The notes under the pieces: generated by a model
What the model saw: only the letters and a program-made list of their open reading frames with translations
Told to the model about the DNA's origin: nothing
The model's database searches: none
NCBI GenBank assembly: GCA_016748015.1
Contig: JAAOMT010000258.1
Location: forward strand, 250,173 to 314,172
DNA length: 64,000 bases
Origin: Geosiphon pyriformis uo1
Taxonomy: Eukaryota; Fungi; Glomeromycota
Reading direction: 5' to 3'
Program-made: the position numbers and the translations under genes
Shown: in pieces, positions 9,991 through 23,817 of the stretch
Layout of the letters: the number at the start of each line of letters is the position of its first letter
How positions within the stretch are numbered: position 1 is the first letter of the stretch

Positions 9991-12242
9991 ATGTCTTTGG
10001 CAGATGAACTTCTTGCTGACCCCGATTTCACGACCAACAATGACGAGTTGGAGGTTGAGGCAGACGAAGAATTAATGAGAGATCTTGAAGATTTGGAGGA
10101 GTTAGATGAAGACGAATCGATGGAAGATGTAGAAACCATTGAAGAAAATGTTGATGTTTCTGAACTGACGAACGTTAAGGATGTGAAAAAGGTGGCAAAG
10201 TTAATGGGATCTAAGCAGCTGAAGGACGTCTTGGCTGTAAGCTCATGTGCAAAATTTAGCCTCTTGTGTCAAATAGTCACCAAACAACCTATATTCATGT
10301 TTTTCCATTTAGAAAATTGATGAGCTTCGAAACACGGAACGACCTCCAACTCAAATAATGGGACCTGTAGAGGAGGATCCAGAATATCGGCTTATTGTAC
10401 AAGCAAATAATTTAACCGTCGATATAGATAGCGAAATATTGGTGGTTCACAAGGTGTGTAATCGAAAATAATTTAGATGATCCAATCATAACATATTATA
10501 ACATTTTTGAATACAGTTTATTCGAGATCACTATGCGAAAAAGTTTCCAGAATTGGAATCACTAGTTCCTAATCCTTTGGATTATACAAGGGCAGTGAAA
10601 GCTATCGGAAATGAGACGGTACATATTATTTTATTGAATCTTTGTATAAAGCTTAAAACTCGAAGAAACTATGATATTTTATCTCTTCATTAGAACCCAA
10701 CCTGATCGTGAAGCCCATCCATCGGTCCTTTTTACTTTATTACAGGATCTAACAAGGGTTGATTTGAGATCTATTCTCCCATCTGCAACGGTTATGGTTG
10801 TTACGGTTACCGGCTCAGCTACCTTAGGACAGAAGCTTTCGAATGAGGAAGCAGCTATTGTAGAAAATGCTTGCACAATGGCGTTTGATTTAGATATTGC
10901 AAAGCGAAAGGTATCTATTTTTGTAAAGCACAAATCCCCTTTCACCCTATCTAATCCCCGGAACACATTTGATGCAGATCTTGGAATATGTGGAGTCCAG
11001 AATGACGCTAATTGCCCCAAATCTCTCTGCGATCGTCGGGAGTACCACGGCAGCTAAAATACTGGGCCAAGCTGGCGGTTTAATGGCCCTTTGTAAAATG
11101 CCTGCCTGCAATGTCATGGTGAGTCCTTTTAATATTAGTCATAACTTCATGAATTCAAATTTCCAACTCAACCATTGCTTTTTTATTTTTAACATTAAAG
11201 CTCATTGGAATCCAGAAGAAAACTAGCACTGGGTTTTCTAATGCTTCAATTCCAAAGCATACTGGATATCTCTTCCAATCTGAAGTTATTCAAAGAACAC
11301 CCCCAGATTTAAGAATCAAAGCTCAAAAAATTGTTGCTGCAAAGTGAGATTCTGTTTCAGCTTTTCAATATTTATTTGCCTTTCTTTATTAGCTAATCAT
11401 TTTATTTATCATATTGAGATGTACATTAGCAGCAAGAATGGACCGAATGCACGATTCGCCTGATGGTTTTTATTTATTGAATTCTACTGTAAGCTTTGAT
11501 TAAGTAACTTCATTATCTAAACTTCATGATATTTCTAGGATCATACGGACGAAAATTGCGCGAAGAAATTGATAAAAAACTTGAAAAATTACAAGAGCCA
11601 CCACCTACTAAGGCCATAAAACCATTACCTGTTCCTGACGAAGGCCCCAAAAAGCGAAGAGCTGGAAAAAAGTGGGATTTAACCTTTATTTTCAATTTTC
11701 GATGTAATATTAATACATTTTTTGTCCTTTTTGTTCGATCTAACAAGGGTGCGCAGAGCTAAAGATGCTTATGCTGTGACCGAACTTCGGAAAGCCCAAA
11801 ATAGAATGGCCTTTGGTGTCGCTGAGGACGAAACTGGTTCATTCGATAGAACAAAGGGTTTGGGACTGATTGGGCACAATTCGGGGAAAATTCGTGCTGC
11901 GGTGGTAGATCAGCGAGTAAAACGTAAGTAATAAAGCTCGAAAATCTGAATTCATATTAATTTATTCGGGAAACACATAATTTAATAAAATTTTCATTAT
12001 ACGTTTCAGCGAAAGCTCCAAGGCGTGCTCAATTAATGGGCAGCTCCTCAGGTGCCACATCTGGCTTGTCTTCTTCACTTGCTTTCACCCCAGTCCAAGG
12101 TATTGAACTGATAAACCCAGAAGAGGCTCAAAGAAAAGTAAAGGAAGCCAATGACAGGTATTTTGGAGGTGGGGCTTTTTTAAAAGTTGGTAAACCAAAA
12201 CAGCCCTCCCCGCTGTCTCAGCCCACTCAGAAAAATCAATAG
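9991..12242 (+). CDS. PRP31: U4/U6 snRNP pre-mRNA splicing factor Prp31, 10 exons
   Basis: [10 protein letters not shown] start; [18 protein letters not shown]; HK|[17 protein letters not shown]; Nop domain [16 protein letters not shown]...KMPACN and AK|CTLAARMD; [18 protein letters not shown]; [13 protein letters not shown]; [17 protein letters not shown]. Stop at 12240-12242. Confidence 0.97.
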
Positions 12243-12269
12243 CAGCAAAAGGCAATGATTTGTTCTCTT

Positions 12270-13300
12270 AATATTAAATTAAATCATAAGATTTAAAATT
12301 TTTAACGTTAATTTCATTTTTAAAATTGTTTTGATTTGATAAAAAGCAATAATTGATGTGTACACAAATAAAATTTAAAGTTAATTATTCAAGTCAATTT
12401 TAACTTTGTTGATATATGAATAATAAATAATTTATTATTATTATTTGTTTCAATTTAATTATTATATTAACTTGTACTTTGCATTTTAATATATGTATAA
12501 TTTAAATAAGCAATTATAATTTTTTTAAATAACACTAAAAAATCAAAAATATATTAACACAAATAATTAATTAAATATAACAAATATATACAAATTGCAA
12601 TATTAAATATTATGTATAATATATATAATATATATTAAAACACAATCAAAGAAAAAAATAAAAAAGAATTAACTCTTTTTTTTATTGTTTTTATTAGTTT
12701 TAATATTTAAAAAATCTTTTTAAAAGTGAAAAACACTTCTTAAATAATAAAGATATAAAACCATTTTTATTACTAAAAAGTACTTTTTTTAACAGTTTTA
12801 TTTATTTAAAATATTTTTTAAACAACTAATTAAGAATAGTTTTAATATAATTGCTATTTTTACAAAAATTTAAACTAAATTATTATTTTTTTTCAAATTA
12901 ATTTGTTTAAATAATTAAAAAAGTAAAAAAACAACTTTTTTTTTAAATTAATATCTAATTTTTTAAAAAATATTTTTTTGAGAGGTTTTTTAAATTACAA
13001 TTTTTATTTTATTTTAGTAAAAAATAAAACATTAATTTTTTTATTTTTTTAATATTTTATTAAGTTTGTTATTATTAAATTAAAATATTTAATTTTAATT
13101 TGGCTATAAATAATAATTTTTTTTATTTTAATTAATAATAATATATTTACTAAAATTAATTCTGATTAATATATTATTTATTTATTTAATAAATTAAATT
13201 CTATTAATTTTAATTATATATTTACTTACAATTTTAATTAATTAATTTATTAAATTATCTAATTTTAAAAATTAAACAAAGAAAATATATAGAAAAATTC
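12270..13300. other. Extremely AT-rich spacer at the boundary between gene space and the repeat block
   Basis: Nearly devoid of G/C, no ORFs. Similar tracts at ~15590-15730, 16650-16960, 43670-44100 and 60430-60620. Confidence 0.8.
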
Positions 13301-15587
13301 TTTGTCTCCTTAATTTTATGACCATAATCAGAACAAAGAGTAAAAAAGCTGCACCTGATATCTGTTTTAAGATATCTAATAAAATTTCAACTAAAAGAGC
13401 TTTCTCTGTTGTAGAAGCAACTAGACAGAACATTTTAGAAGCCTTCCCTTTATCCAGTAATCATGATAAGCTGTCTTTGGTAACCACTGAAGCAATTTCC
13501 TTATCTTTGGCTGGTTTCTCACTAGTCAAAGTTCCCTTAAAGAGACACACTTGGATTAGTTTCAGTGTTGCCTTTAACCCGACTAAGAGCCCAAAAGTTT
13601 TTAATAATAGACCAGTAAATAAGCTGGTCTTCCTCTCTATAGATTCAGCACCTAATGTTTCTAATACCATCTTTTCAAAAAAAATGGTCAAAAAGACCAA
13701 AAGTTCAAAAAAGTGAGAGCAGTTGCTTGCCTCTGCTATTGTTACACCGAACCCCTTTGTGGTTCCAAATGAGATCTTAGATGAGATCTTCATAGTATTA
13801 TCTGACACGTCATCTAAGATGGGCCAAAATCAACCACTGGCTGTATTGCCAAATGTGGTGTCTTCTGGCAGATCATCGCCAGTTTTAGAAACAAAACAAT
13901 CTCTTTCTGTTGGGTCATCTGTTCTTGGGAACTGGGCTGATCAAATGGAAACTGAATTATCTTCTCCTTTAGTTTCTGGTGCTACTTCTGGTGGTGCTTG
14001 GAAAACTATTACTAGTTGTCAAAGATTTGCTGGGTAGATGGCCTCTACTCTGATGTTTGGTGCTACTTTTAAGATCAAATTGGCTCATATTAAGGCTGTT
14101 TTTCAGTCAGTACATGGTTTTTTGGGTGCAAAGTCAGTATTAAAAGACAATATGAAGCTGTTTTGTGTGGAGTTTGTTTCTCAGGTGTTTTTGGAAGCTG
14201 TATTTTTAATTGAGCTTACAAGTTCTGTACATTTGGTCACTCTCAAAATTGCCAAGTCTTTGGTGGTTTCTGAGTTTGGTTCCTCTTTTGCTGCTGTTGT
14301 ATTGTATGATGTGCTCTTGGGTATGTCTGCTGCTAACATTAAGACGGCTCTCAGTGTGTTTGGTAGTGTCACTTATGTTGTGCTGAAGTCTACTGGTATT
14401 TGGCAATATGTGGTGGTTTATTTTGAAAAGTTAGACTCTGTTGTGTCTGCTTTGAATTATTGGTCTGTTTTGGTGGGCAAGGATAGTGTTAGAATCCTCC
14501 CTCTGGTGAATCAAATGAGACTATTTTGTCTCGTGATAAGTTTAAGGCCAAGTTGGTTAATTTTCCTTCTGGATGCACAACTTTTGAGATTAGTGATATG
14601 ATTTCTTAAGTTGGGGGTTGGACATGCTTTATTCCTTGTTCTCCTAAGTCTGATTGTTGTTTCTAGTTTGCTCTGGTTACATTTGGTTCTCAAACTGATT
14701 TAGATTCTGCTGTTGTCAAAACTGGTACACTAAGGAAGTGTTATATTTGGTGAAAAACCCTTGGTTATTGGCATTGTTTTAAGTGTTAAGAGTTGAGTCA
14801 TCTGGCTGCTGACTGTAAGGTCTCTCTGCTTTCCTCTTTTAAGTCTTTTAAGGTGTTTACATCTCGCTTTATTAGTTTTGTGTCTTATACCAAAGCTTCT
14901 GCTTCTTTGAGCTCATTTGGATTTCTATCTCTGTCACCTCTTGTCTCTTCTTCAGTTGTTGTTGGTAATCCTATGGTGCTATTCTGATTGTTTTCTTTAG
15001 AATTTGATTTAACTAAGCTTTTTGCTTTGGTTGAATCTATTATTAAGCCAGTTGGTTCTTTGGTCAAATTATTTGAACAATTTATTAATGGTGATCTGGT
15101 CTCAAACAGCAAACTTGGTCTTAAAATCAATGAGGTTATGGTGCATATGGGTTCCTTTAGTAAAGTTGTTAGTAAGTTGGGAAAAGAAGTGGTTTCTTTG
15201 AAGAAGAAGTGTTGCATAGAAGATATAAACATGTCTGGTGATTCGAAGCATCCAGTTGGTTTGGATGATAAAGTGTTCTCTAATCTGATGTCTCTTTGGG
15301 AACATGAATCTGTTGATGTTAAATCTGATGGCTTGAAGACAGCTGAATGGCTGATTGGATTGGTTTCTTGTAGTGTTATCTTGTTTTCTGTTGTTCAAAA
15401 GATGTCGGCTTTGGATAAGTTTTCTTCAAGAGCTTCAACATAGTATAGTCTGAACTGGCTCAAATAGCTAATTACATGTAAAAAGCATGTGAACCACATT
15501 TAATTTAAGATCCTACATAGTCATATTGTATTAGATAGTGGTTGGGCCTTGCTCATTAAACTTTAATAAAAAAATAAAAATAAAAAT
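13300..15587 (+). mobile_element. ORF1-only non-autonomous non-LTR retroelement (HAL1-like), degenerate
   Basis: One ~700-aa ORF (13318-15443) broken by likely TGG>TGA/TAG and CGA>TGA changes and a frameshift. RRM-like region and CCHC knuckle (C-FK-C...H....C, ~14775-14815). Directly followed by a ~120-bp 3' UTR like that of the local LINEs and an A-rich tail (~15565-15587). No endonuclease or RT. Confidence 0.72.
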
Positions 15588-15734
15588 ACTTTTTTTTTGG
15601 TTTTTAAAAATATTATTAACTTTAATAATATTTAAAAAACTATTAATAATTATTAAAAGTTTTTAAATAAATAATTTTATTAATTTAAAATTAGTTATTA
15701 AAAATAATATTAAATTTTTTTGTATAAATTTATA

Positions 15735-16650
15735 TTTTAAGTTTGTGCTTATTGGAAATATAGATCTGGTTTTAGGATTTTAGATGTTTTTTCATTTTAC
15801 AAGATTGATTAGGTTCAAACTACTACAGTTTGGCATCTAAATTCTCATATGCTATCAGATTTAATAAGTAAAACTTTAGCTAATCTAATTTACATATGTA
15901 TTTTATAAAAACTGTTTATGAAAGACTTTTTATTGCTATTAAAAAAAGACTTTATAACAAAAAATATTCAAATGTTCCATGTTTATATTATAGAAAAGTT
16001 GAATTTTTTGATCATGTATTTATTTGTTCCAAGGAGTCTAATTCTTATAAAATAATTTTAATTAATCAGATCTTGGTTTAAAAATTTCTGATTAGGTCTT
16101 ATATTTTATTGTTTTTTGTAATTATGGGATCTCTGTTTTCTTGTTTGTTTAATATTGGCCTATATGTGTTCCTTTATAAAGGCTTTGTGCTTATGAATTG
16201 ATTTGATGAGGCTGTAAAAGTGTTTAATAATCATAAAAAGGCTGTTTAAATTCTGGTTAATTTTGTGTATAGTCTGAATAAAAAACATTGTTCTGATTTG
16301 TGGAAGTTCAAGTTTAAATACAAAGCAGATATAAAAAAGAATAGTTTAGTTAGCAATTTTGAAATAATACCAGATATGTCTTGTAATTTGGTATTAGGTT
16401 TGTCTAATAGAATAGTTTATTTGTTTGGTATTAATAAGTCTTTTAAAGTTAATTTTGGTTTTTGTAAACTCTGTTTGTTTTTTTCTGATTTAAATAATAG
16501 ATTAACAGTTTATATAAGAGTTTAATATTGTTTTAATTGGTCTGAATAACTGGTTACATATAATAAGAGCATAAATTACATCTAACTAAGGTTCTTAATT
16601 TTAACTTTGTATATTAGATAGTAATTGAACTGTACTTATTAATAAAAAAA
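15735..16650 (+). mobile_element. 5'-truncated LINE fragment (ORF2 C-terminus, 3' UTR, poly-A)
   Basis: WHLNSHMLS...YFIKTV...RLYNKKYSNVPCLY is homologous to the ORF2 end at 44559-44963. Same 3' UTR motif (TATTAGATAGT...) and A-tail at ~16640-16650. Confidence 0.8.
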
Positions 16651-16959
16651 ATTTTAAGTATTTTAAATATTATTATTAAGATTAAACTTATTAAATTACT
16701 TTTGTTTTTGTTATTATAATTTTATATAATATATTTTAAATGGTTTTTTTAATAAAATTAAAAATATATTTAGTGTATTTAGTAAAATTTTTAATATTAA
16801 GTTGAAATTTATTGGTTTATAATATTATTTTATTGTATATTTTAAGTTTTTTAAAATTATTAAAGCTGTTTTTACTTATTAATTAATTTTAACTATAAAA
16901 ATAATGTTAAAATTTTTTTTTAAATAATTAAAAAGTAATATTATTTATAATATATTTAA

Positions 16960-19900
16960 ATTAATTATTATTTTACAAGTAAAATCCAAATGTTACTTAG
17001 CATAATACATTAAATTAAGTAATATAAACTAAATACAAATCATGTATTTTTTATATATAACCAGTTATTTAAGCCAATTAAAGCAACATTATGGATCTAT
17101 TTTAATAAAAACTACACAAATAATACCAAAAAAAAAACTATAAAGCTTATAAAAACCAAAACTAATATCATGAGTTTTCATAATTTCAAGCAACTTAATA
17201 ATATTATCAAAAAACAAAAACACAGAACCATAGATTTTAAGAGACACAGATCTATTATGTGTAATCAAATTTTTTTTTCTATCAATATTCTATACTTAGC
17301 TTTTACTAACTATACATCAATTTAATAAGCTATTTCCAAATCTTGTATTAACTTAATGACTTTTCTGTTGGTAGTTTTTGCACAACCAAAAACAGAAACA
17401 GTTTCTAAATACTATTTTTTGAACACAAAATCTTTGTACAATACAATATATATGATATTGTCAGAGGTACACAAAGAAAACAATTGTAAAATACAAGATA
17501 ATAACAAATTTAAGCCTAATACAAAGCTCTATTGGGCCAGATATAAATCAAATAATTTTTGCAAACATCAAAGTTTATTATGTACAAAAAAATAATTAGA
17601 AAGCTCAATTTTCTCATATTATAAACATAATATACTAAGATACTTCCTATTATATAAGTATTTTTAAACAACAATTGGCAAATGATAATATAAAGCTTTT
17701 ATAAAATATAAATATAAACTAAGCAATAAATCTATTTATGAAATTAAATGCCATATATAAATTGGAATATTAAACTAACAAAGTTCAAATCCAATTTACA
17801 TTTCTAATTATGTTCCAATAAGCATAATAAACAGTTTTAAACACATTATAAATAAAATGCCAAACATTCTTAAACACTATTATCTTATCAGCCTTAATGT
17901 ATTTTTTCTTGACAAAAACAGAAAGTAACAAATTTGAACATAAAACTAAGTTAATTAATATGTTAGCATACTCATTACTCAAGACATTTAAATGTCTTTT
18001 AATCTTGGTTTAAGAAACAACAAGTATTTTATATTTAATAGAGTTTGTAATATTACATCTTTTAAGCCAATAATAATTATAGAAGTCAGATAAAATCATA
18101 TCTAATTCTGCAGTACATACATCCAAAGTGGCTTAACTATCTGAATATATCATAATATTACTGAAAGCTAGAAAATATTCTAAGACCAAAGCAATCACCT
18201 GTAATTCTATCATTATAAAAAACACCAAACTACCAATTTCAATATTAATACTTAGATTCAAGTCAACAAAAAATACAGTTGTATTATACTTTATCTTATA
18301 TATATCCAAGTTTTTTAAAAATTCATCTGTGTAAACATTGATAATATCCAAATCAGCACTGAAAAAACATTGCTTTATTATGAAAAAATCATTAAGATTA
18401 AAAACATTTAAAAGCTGAGATTTATTAATAAATGGCTGAGCAACAAAATAAAAAGTAAGATTGACTAAGTAATTATATGTTATCTTGAACCAAATAGAGA
18501 TTAAATCTCTAAAATCAAGTCTTTTTTAACAATAAAAACTCTTTCAATCAAAAATTAATTCTTTTTTATTATATAATTGTTTAACAAAGGCAATACTAAA
18601 CTTTTTAAGTAAGTAAAAAACATTATAAAACATTATATCTCTCAAAACAAGAAACATAAAAGTGCTACCAAAAAACTGAAATACAAAAGACAAAATATTA
18701 GTAAGAAAAATGTCATAATTCAAAAAATTTTTTATCATACCAACCAAAAAATTATTAACTAGACTGATCTTTAACTTTACAAAATTTTGCAAAAAATAAA
18801 TAAGAGACCAACTTAAAATTTGCAAATCTAAAAACTTATGATTAAATAGACAACTAAAAATTCTTAGTATTTGAAAAACTTAACACAAAAATCAATTTAC
18901 TCTTTGTTTGCATTTGCTCAAATAATTTAAAACCATACAAAAATGAATAATAAAGAGTTTTATTGAAAATTTTTCTTGAAAAACCAGTTTTTATTCTTAA
19001 ATTATTCTTAATTAGTGTATTCTATTTATTGCACACATTTTTAAATACAAAACTAAACTGGATCTTGTAACTAACAATAAGTTGAAACACAACCAAAACC
19101 AGATAAAGAAACTGTTTGTTCAAAATAGTTTTTTTAAGATCATGTTGGCAAAAATCCTAATATTTAAATGAGCTTTTTTTAAATTAAATTGAATAAATCT
19201 TTAGAAGACAAATAAATACTAAAATATTTATAAAATTCTTTATTTTGTGTTATAAATATTGGCAGATCACTTATTAATAATGAAACATTTCTAATTCTTT
19301 AATTAATAGAAATAATTATTATCTTTTTGTTATTAATTAAAATATCATTAATAATGAAAAACTTACTTATAATATCCAAAATATATTGAATGATAGTTTA
19401 ACTACTTTCCACCCAAATTGTGTTATTAACAAAAACACCAGCCATCAAATATAAAGTTAATACACTCTGGTTTTTTATTTTGCCAGTTTTATTAATATAA
19501 TAACTGTACAAACTTTCATGTTTTTTAATTTTATATAAAAAAAAATCATAAAAAATTTTTTAGAGCAGAAAAAAAAATCTCACACTAATTTAGACTATTA
19601 TGTATTTGGTATCTATTAGTTAATCCATAATCAGTCATAATTCAATTAATTTTATTATTGTAAATAATTCTAAAGAACTTAATAAATTACTTACATATTT
19701 TAATTCAAATTAAACTATTTTTTAAATGATGTCAATAAACAAAGTTATATGTTTTTTGCATATCTTGCAAGACCAGCCAAAGTTCACAATCTTTTTTTAA
19801 AACATCTTTAATTATTAAGTCAATTGCAAAGATAAAAGACTGGATAGTAGTGTCTTTCAATACAGAAAAGTTGTTATCACAAAAAACATTAAATCTACTA

Positions 19901-22900
19901 CAGACCAAAAAAATTCTATTAGATAGGATCTTAAAAAAGATCTTACAAACAGTTTTAATTAAGACAATCACTCTAATATTGATTAAAACACTTTTCTACT
20001 TATAAAGTTTAAGAATTATTAACACACAAACTTTTTTTTAAAATTAAAATACAGATTTACACACCAAACAAGAGTTTAAAAAATCTAAAAGCATAACAAA
20101 AACTAAATTATTATAATATTTTCAAAGTTTATTTGTTATATTAAACAAATTAGTAGTTTTTTTATTAGACAGATTTTTGATCATATGTATTAAATCATCA
20201 CAATTAATAGCACCTATAACATTAAAAAAAGCTGTATTATTAATATAAACTAGTAACAAATATTGACAATGTTATAAGTTGAGAATACTATTCAACACCA
20301 ATCTCTTTTTTGTTCAATCTTTTATAATTGTATTAATCTTAAATTTAACCTCACCAAGACTCAAAACCAGTTTATTATTAACAACCAAATAATTTAATAC
20401 AACTTTTTAAAAAAGAGACTCTAATACACTCCTAATTGTGTAATCCTTATTAACAATAAAACTTTTTATTTTGTTTATCTATAGTAGATCTGATAAGTAA
20501 CTCTTCAGTTTTTAAAGATTTGGCAAGTTTGGATGTGTGATATAATTTTTTTACTTTAAAAAAAAAGGATTTTATACAATTAAAATCAGAGCCAAAGTTT
20601 AACAAAACTTGAATATTTAAAGCATTATTACTGTTTAAAAACATCCAGCAGCTTATTAGAAAATTGAACTCATTATCAGTCTCATTATATAAAAATTTTG
20701 GCAATTTTTAATACTAACAATTCTAATTTATGAAACCTAGAAGATTTCTTGGTAAAAACACCATTAAAACTCTTAACCTATTTTTTTTGAACATTTTATT
20801 AGCTAATAAATTCACTATCTTATAAATAACATTTTATATTGTATCTATATCTAAGAAATTTTTAAATACAGCAAATTTATTAAAAAACATAGTAGTATTA
20901 ATCATAATACTATTTTTGAATTTGTTTTATTTATATTATTGATATCTTTAAAATCAAATTTTTAATGGTTTCTATTTACCAGTTTATAAAAAAAATTCAA
21001 ATATATTTGACAAACTATCCAAATTCAAAAAAACAAAGACTGTTTGATAATTAATGTTAAAATGTTTTTAATATTTAAAATATTATGATCTACTACTTTA
21101 TTAATCAAATTTAAGAAAATAAATATAAAATTAATTGTTTTTTTAGCATTCTTAAAATTATTTCATGTTAAAGTTTTTGTAACTAAGCTTTTTATCAAAG
21201 AATTAACCAGTCTTAAATCAAGATATTTTTTGAAATTGATATATCTATAAGAATTATTCTTATTAAAATTACCTCTTAAACTTACAAATAAAATTTTGTT
21301 TATAGCTTTAGCAATTAATAAATTGACCTTTTTAGCTTAAGCTAAGCATGTTATTAGAACAACACTAATATACAGTCTCAAAATTAACATAAAAAGTTTA
21401 TTTTTGAAAAGCAGTTTAATAGACAAAAGCATATCAACAATCTCTAAAACCTTGTATATATGTCTTATTAAACTAATATTTATAATAATTACAATACTAA
21501 AACCCAAGTGGCCAAACTCCAAACTAAATATAAACACTTGAATATCATTAAATTTATTTATAATTCATAGACAAACTTTATCTTTTAATTTTGTCTCAAT
21601 AATAATAGAAATTAAATTGTTTATTTTTTTATGCCAATAAATAATATTTTTTTGCTTAGCAGAGTTGTTCATATCTCTAATATTATATGTAGCAATTTTT
21701 TAGTTCAAATTAGTTATTGTTGAAAAATAATGTCCAAATTCAAACTTTTGTTATTAACTTTGGTTAGCAAGTCCATAATTATATTTAATAAATTGTTCAT
21801 TTTTTCTTCAAACTTTTTGATAACTAATAGATCCAAAATTTTTGCTTAAGTAACAGTTTTACTATTAGTAATTGTATTTAAATTCTTACTTATTACTATA
21901 TCTATCTCTTAATTTTCTAATAAAAAAGTTACTAATAACTAACATTCAGGACTAAACTAAGAAATTATTGGCTTAAATACATCTAATTTCTTAGCCAGCT
22001 TATCAACTTGCTTTATAAAGCTATTAAGACTGTACTTAAGAGCAGCAAACCTATTACTTACTTTCAAAAAAACCAGTAAAAAAAAATTTAATATTTAAAA
22101 ATAAACTAGTACCAAAAGAAATTAAAGATGTCATATAAGAAATAAAACTATCAGCAATTTAAGCCCAAGTTTTTTTTACCAAATAAAACTGGTTAAGCAA
22201 TTGATATCTGTTTATTTTTATAAATATTTGTTAAGCAAATTTTATCCTAAAAATTGATTATTTGTTTATTGTAACCACCTAAATTTTTATTTATTAAACA
22301 CATACCAAAAACATGACTAAATTGTTTATACTGAGCACAATAAGCCAAAAAAAGACCAATCCAACACAAATTTACACTCTTAAAAACAAAAATAGAACTA
22401 ATAACTGCTTTTTTTAATGTCTTATCAACAAAACAAACCACAGTACATTTGTTATAAATATAAAAACCAGAGTTACAGCTAATATAGCAAGTTTTTCTAC
22501 CATGTAATTTTAACAAATTAGTAAGATTATAAGCAATAGTATCAATTGGTAAAGTATACAACAAAGCCTAATGTTAATTCCTAAATATTCATATTTGTTT
22601 ATTATTAATAGTTTTGGCTATATAAACAGAGTTTTTTTCGATAAAAACTGATTATTTAGCTGTAACTAACTTAGTAATATTAGCAGATTTAAATTCAATT
22701 AAAGTCTTTTGCCAAAAACCAATAAGCTATATCTTGATTAATATAATTTTATTAAATTTGAAAAAAACTGATTTCACAGTCAATTTCAGAAAATTAACAA
22801 AAATTTTCTTGATAATCACTTTTTAATTTATATAACTGTTTGTTTTTTTCATATTTTTATTAACCAAGATTTTTTTATTAATAGTTATTTCTTTAACTTT

Positions 22901-22980
22901 ATTTAAACTAGATTCAAAAATGAAAAATGATCTAATAATGTTTGAGAATTTTAAAAAAGTTGATGTTTTTCCAAAATTAT
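16960..22980 (-). mobile_element. LINE-a 3' portion: ORF1 C-terminus, APE endonuclease, RT, RNase H; degenerate; interrupted by Gypsy A
   Basis: ORF1 LYTLP..TAYNL..KTCYI (22247-22564). APE start IATYNIRDMN (~21670-21700). RT LWLVLQDMQKTY (~19750) and FVNNTIW (~19415-19435). RNase H VYTDEFL...IELQVIAL...YSDS (18133-18351). Confidence 0.85.
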
Positions 22981-23817
22981 TGTTACTCATAGAATATAAA
23001 AAATATATTAGCATATAAATTAGCCAATCAAAAGTAAATGTAGTAAATGTAGAAATCCAAAATTCCTCTTAGAAAAATTGCAGGATTCCAAAAATTTCAG
23101 AATTCTCATATGAGGAATTGCAGGATTCCAGAAATTCCAGAATTTCTGGTATAAAGAATTAAGGAATTAAGGAATCTCAATTATGTATATATAGTAATAG
23201 CATTAAAAGTAGAATTAGTATTAAAACCTCTTAGTTTAGATTTGATTTAAGCAACCTTCCATATTACAAATATCAATAAATAAATATTCATTATCTTAAT
23301 CTATTCTCCACTATCAACTTTTCATGTTAATAGTAATTAATACTTAATCACACTAGAATAATAGCTCTTGATTACAGCTATTGATAAGATACTAACTTGC
23401 AATTGCTTTGGCTTATTTTCTTTATCTTTTTTTTATTTTTTTTATTTTTATTTTATTTATTTTTATTTTGTGTTTACTAATTGATTAAGGATTAAGTGCT
23501 GAATTATTGATGTCAAGGATAGCCTGGTAAAAGACCCTAAAGAAAGAGTATAAAATTAAGAATTTAAAAATAGCTTATTAGAAAAGCATCTCTGCCAGAT
23601 TACCAGCCACCACATTGAGAAAAAAATTTGATAGAATTGCAATTCCGGGAGGCTACTGAAACACTATTGAATCTCTGTCTATTATACAAAAAACTCAACC
23701 AAAACCTTTAGACAATCAAATCTTCAGATATAAACAACCTTCAAAAACCAATATCATTATATCAATTGAACACCAAATTATGAGTTTGTTATTTGATTTA
23801 AATAATTATTTGTAATA
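22981..23817 (+). repeat. 5' LTR of Gypsy A
   Basis: Matches 32141-32498 + 42518-42969. Starts TGTTAC, ends TGTAATA (decayed TGTAACA), followed by the PBS. Confidence 0.9.

Noticed and set aside
12270-13300. AT-rich tract as a centromere, origin or organellar insertion
   Set aside because: No periodicity or organellar gene remnants. Similar tracts lie between all the TEs and fit terminal repeat decay.
23050-23180. Palindromic GAATTC-rich repeats as a CRISPR array
   Set aside because: Degenerate tandem units without unique spacers, recurring in each LTR U3; no cas genes; eukaryotic context.
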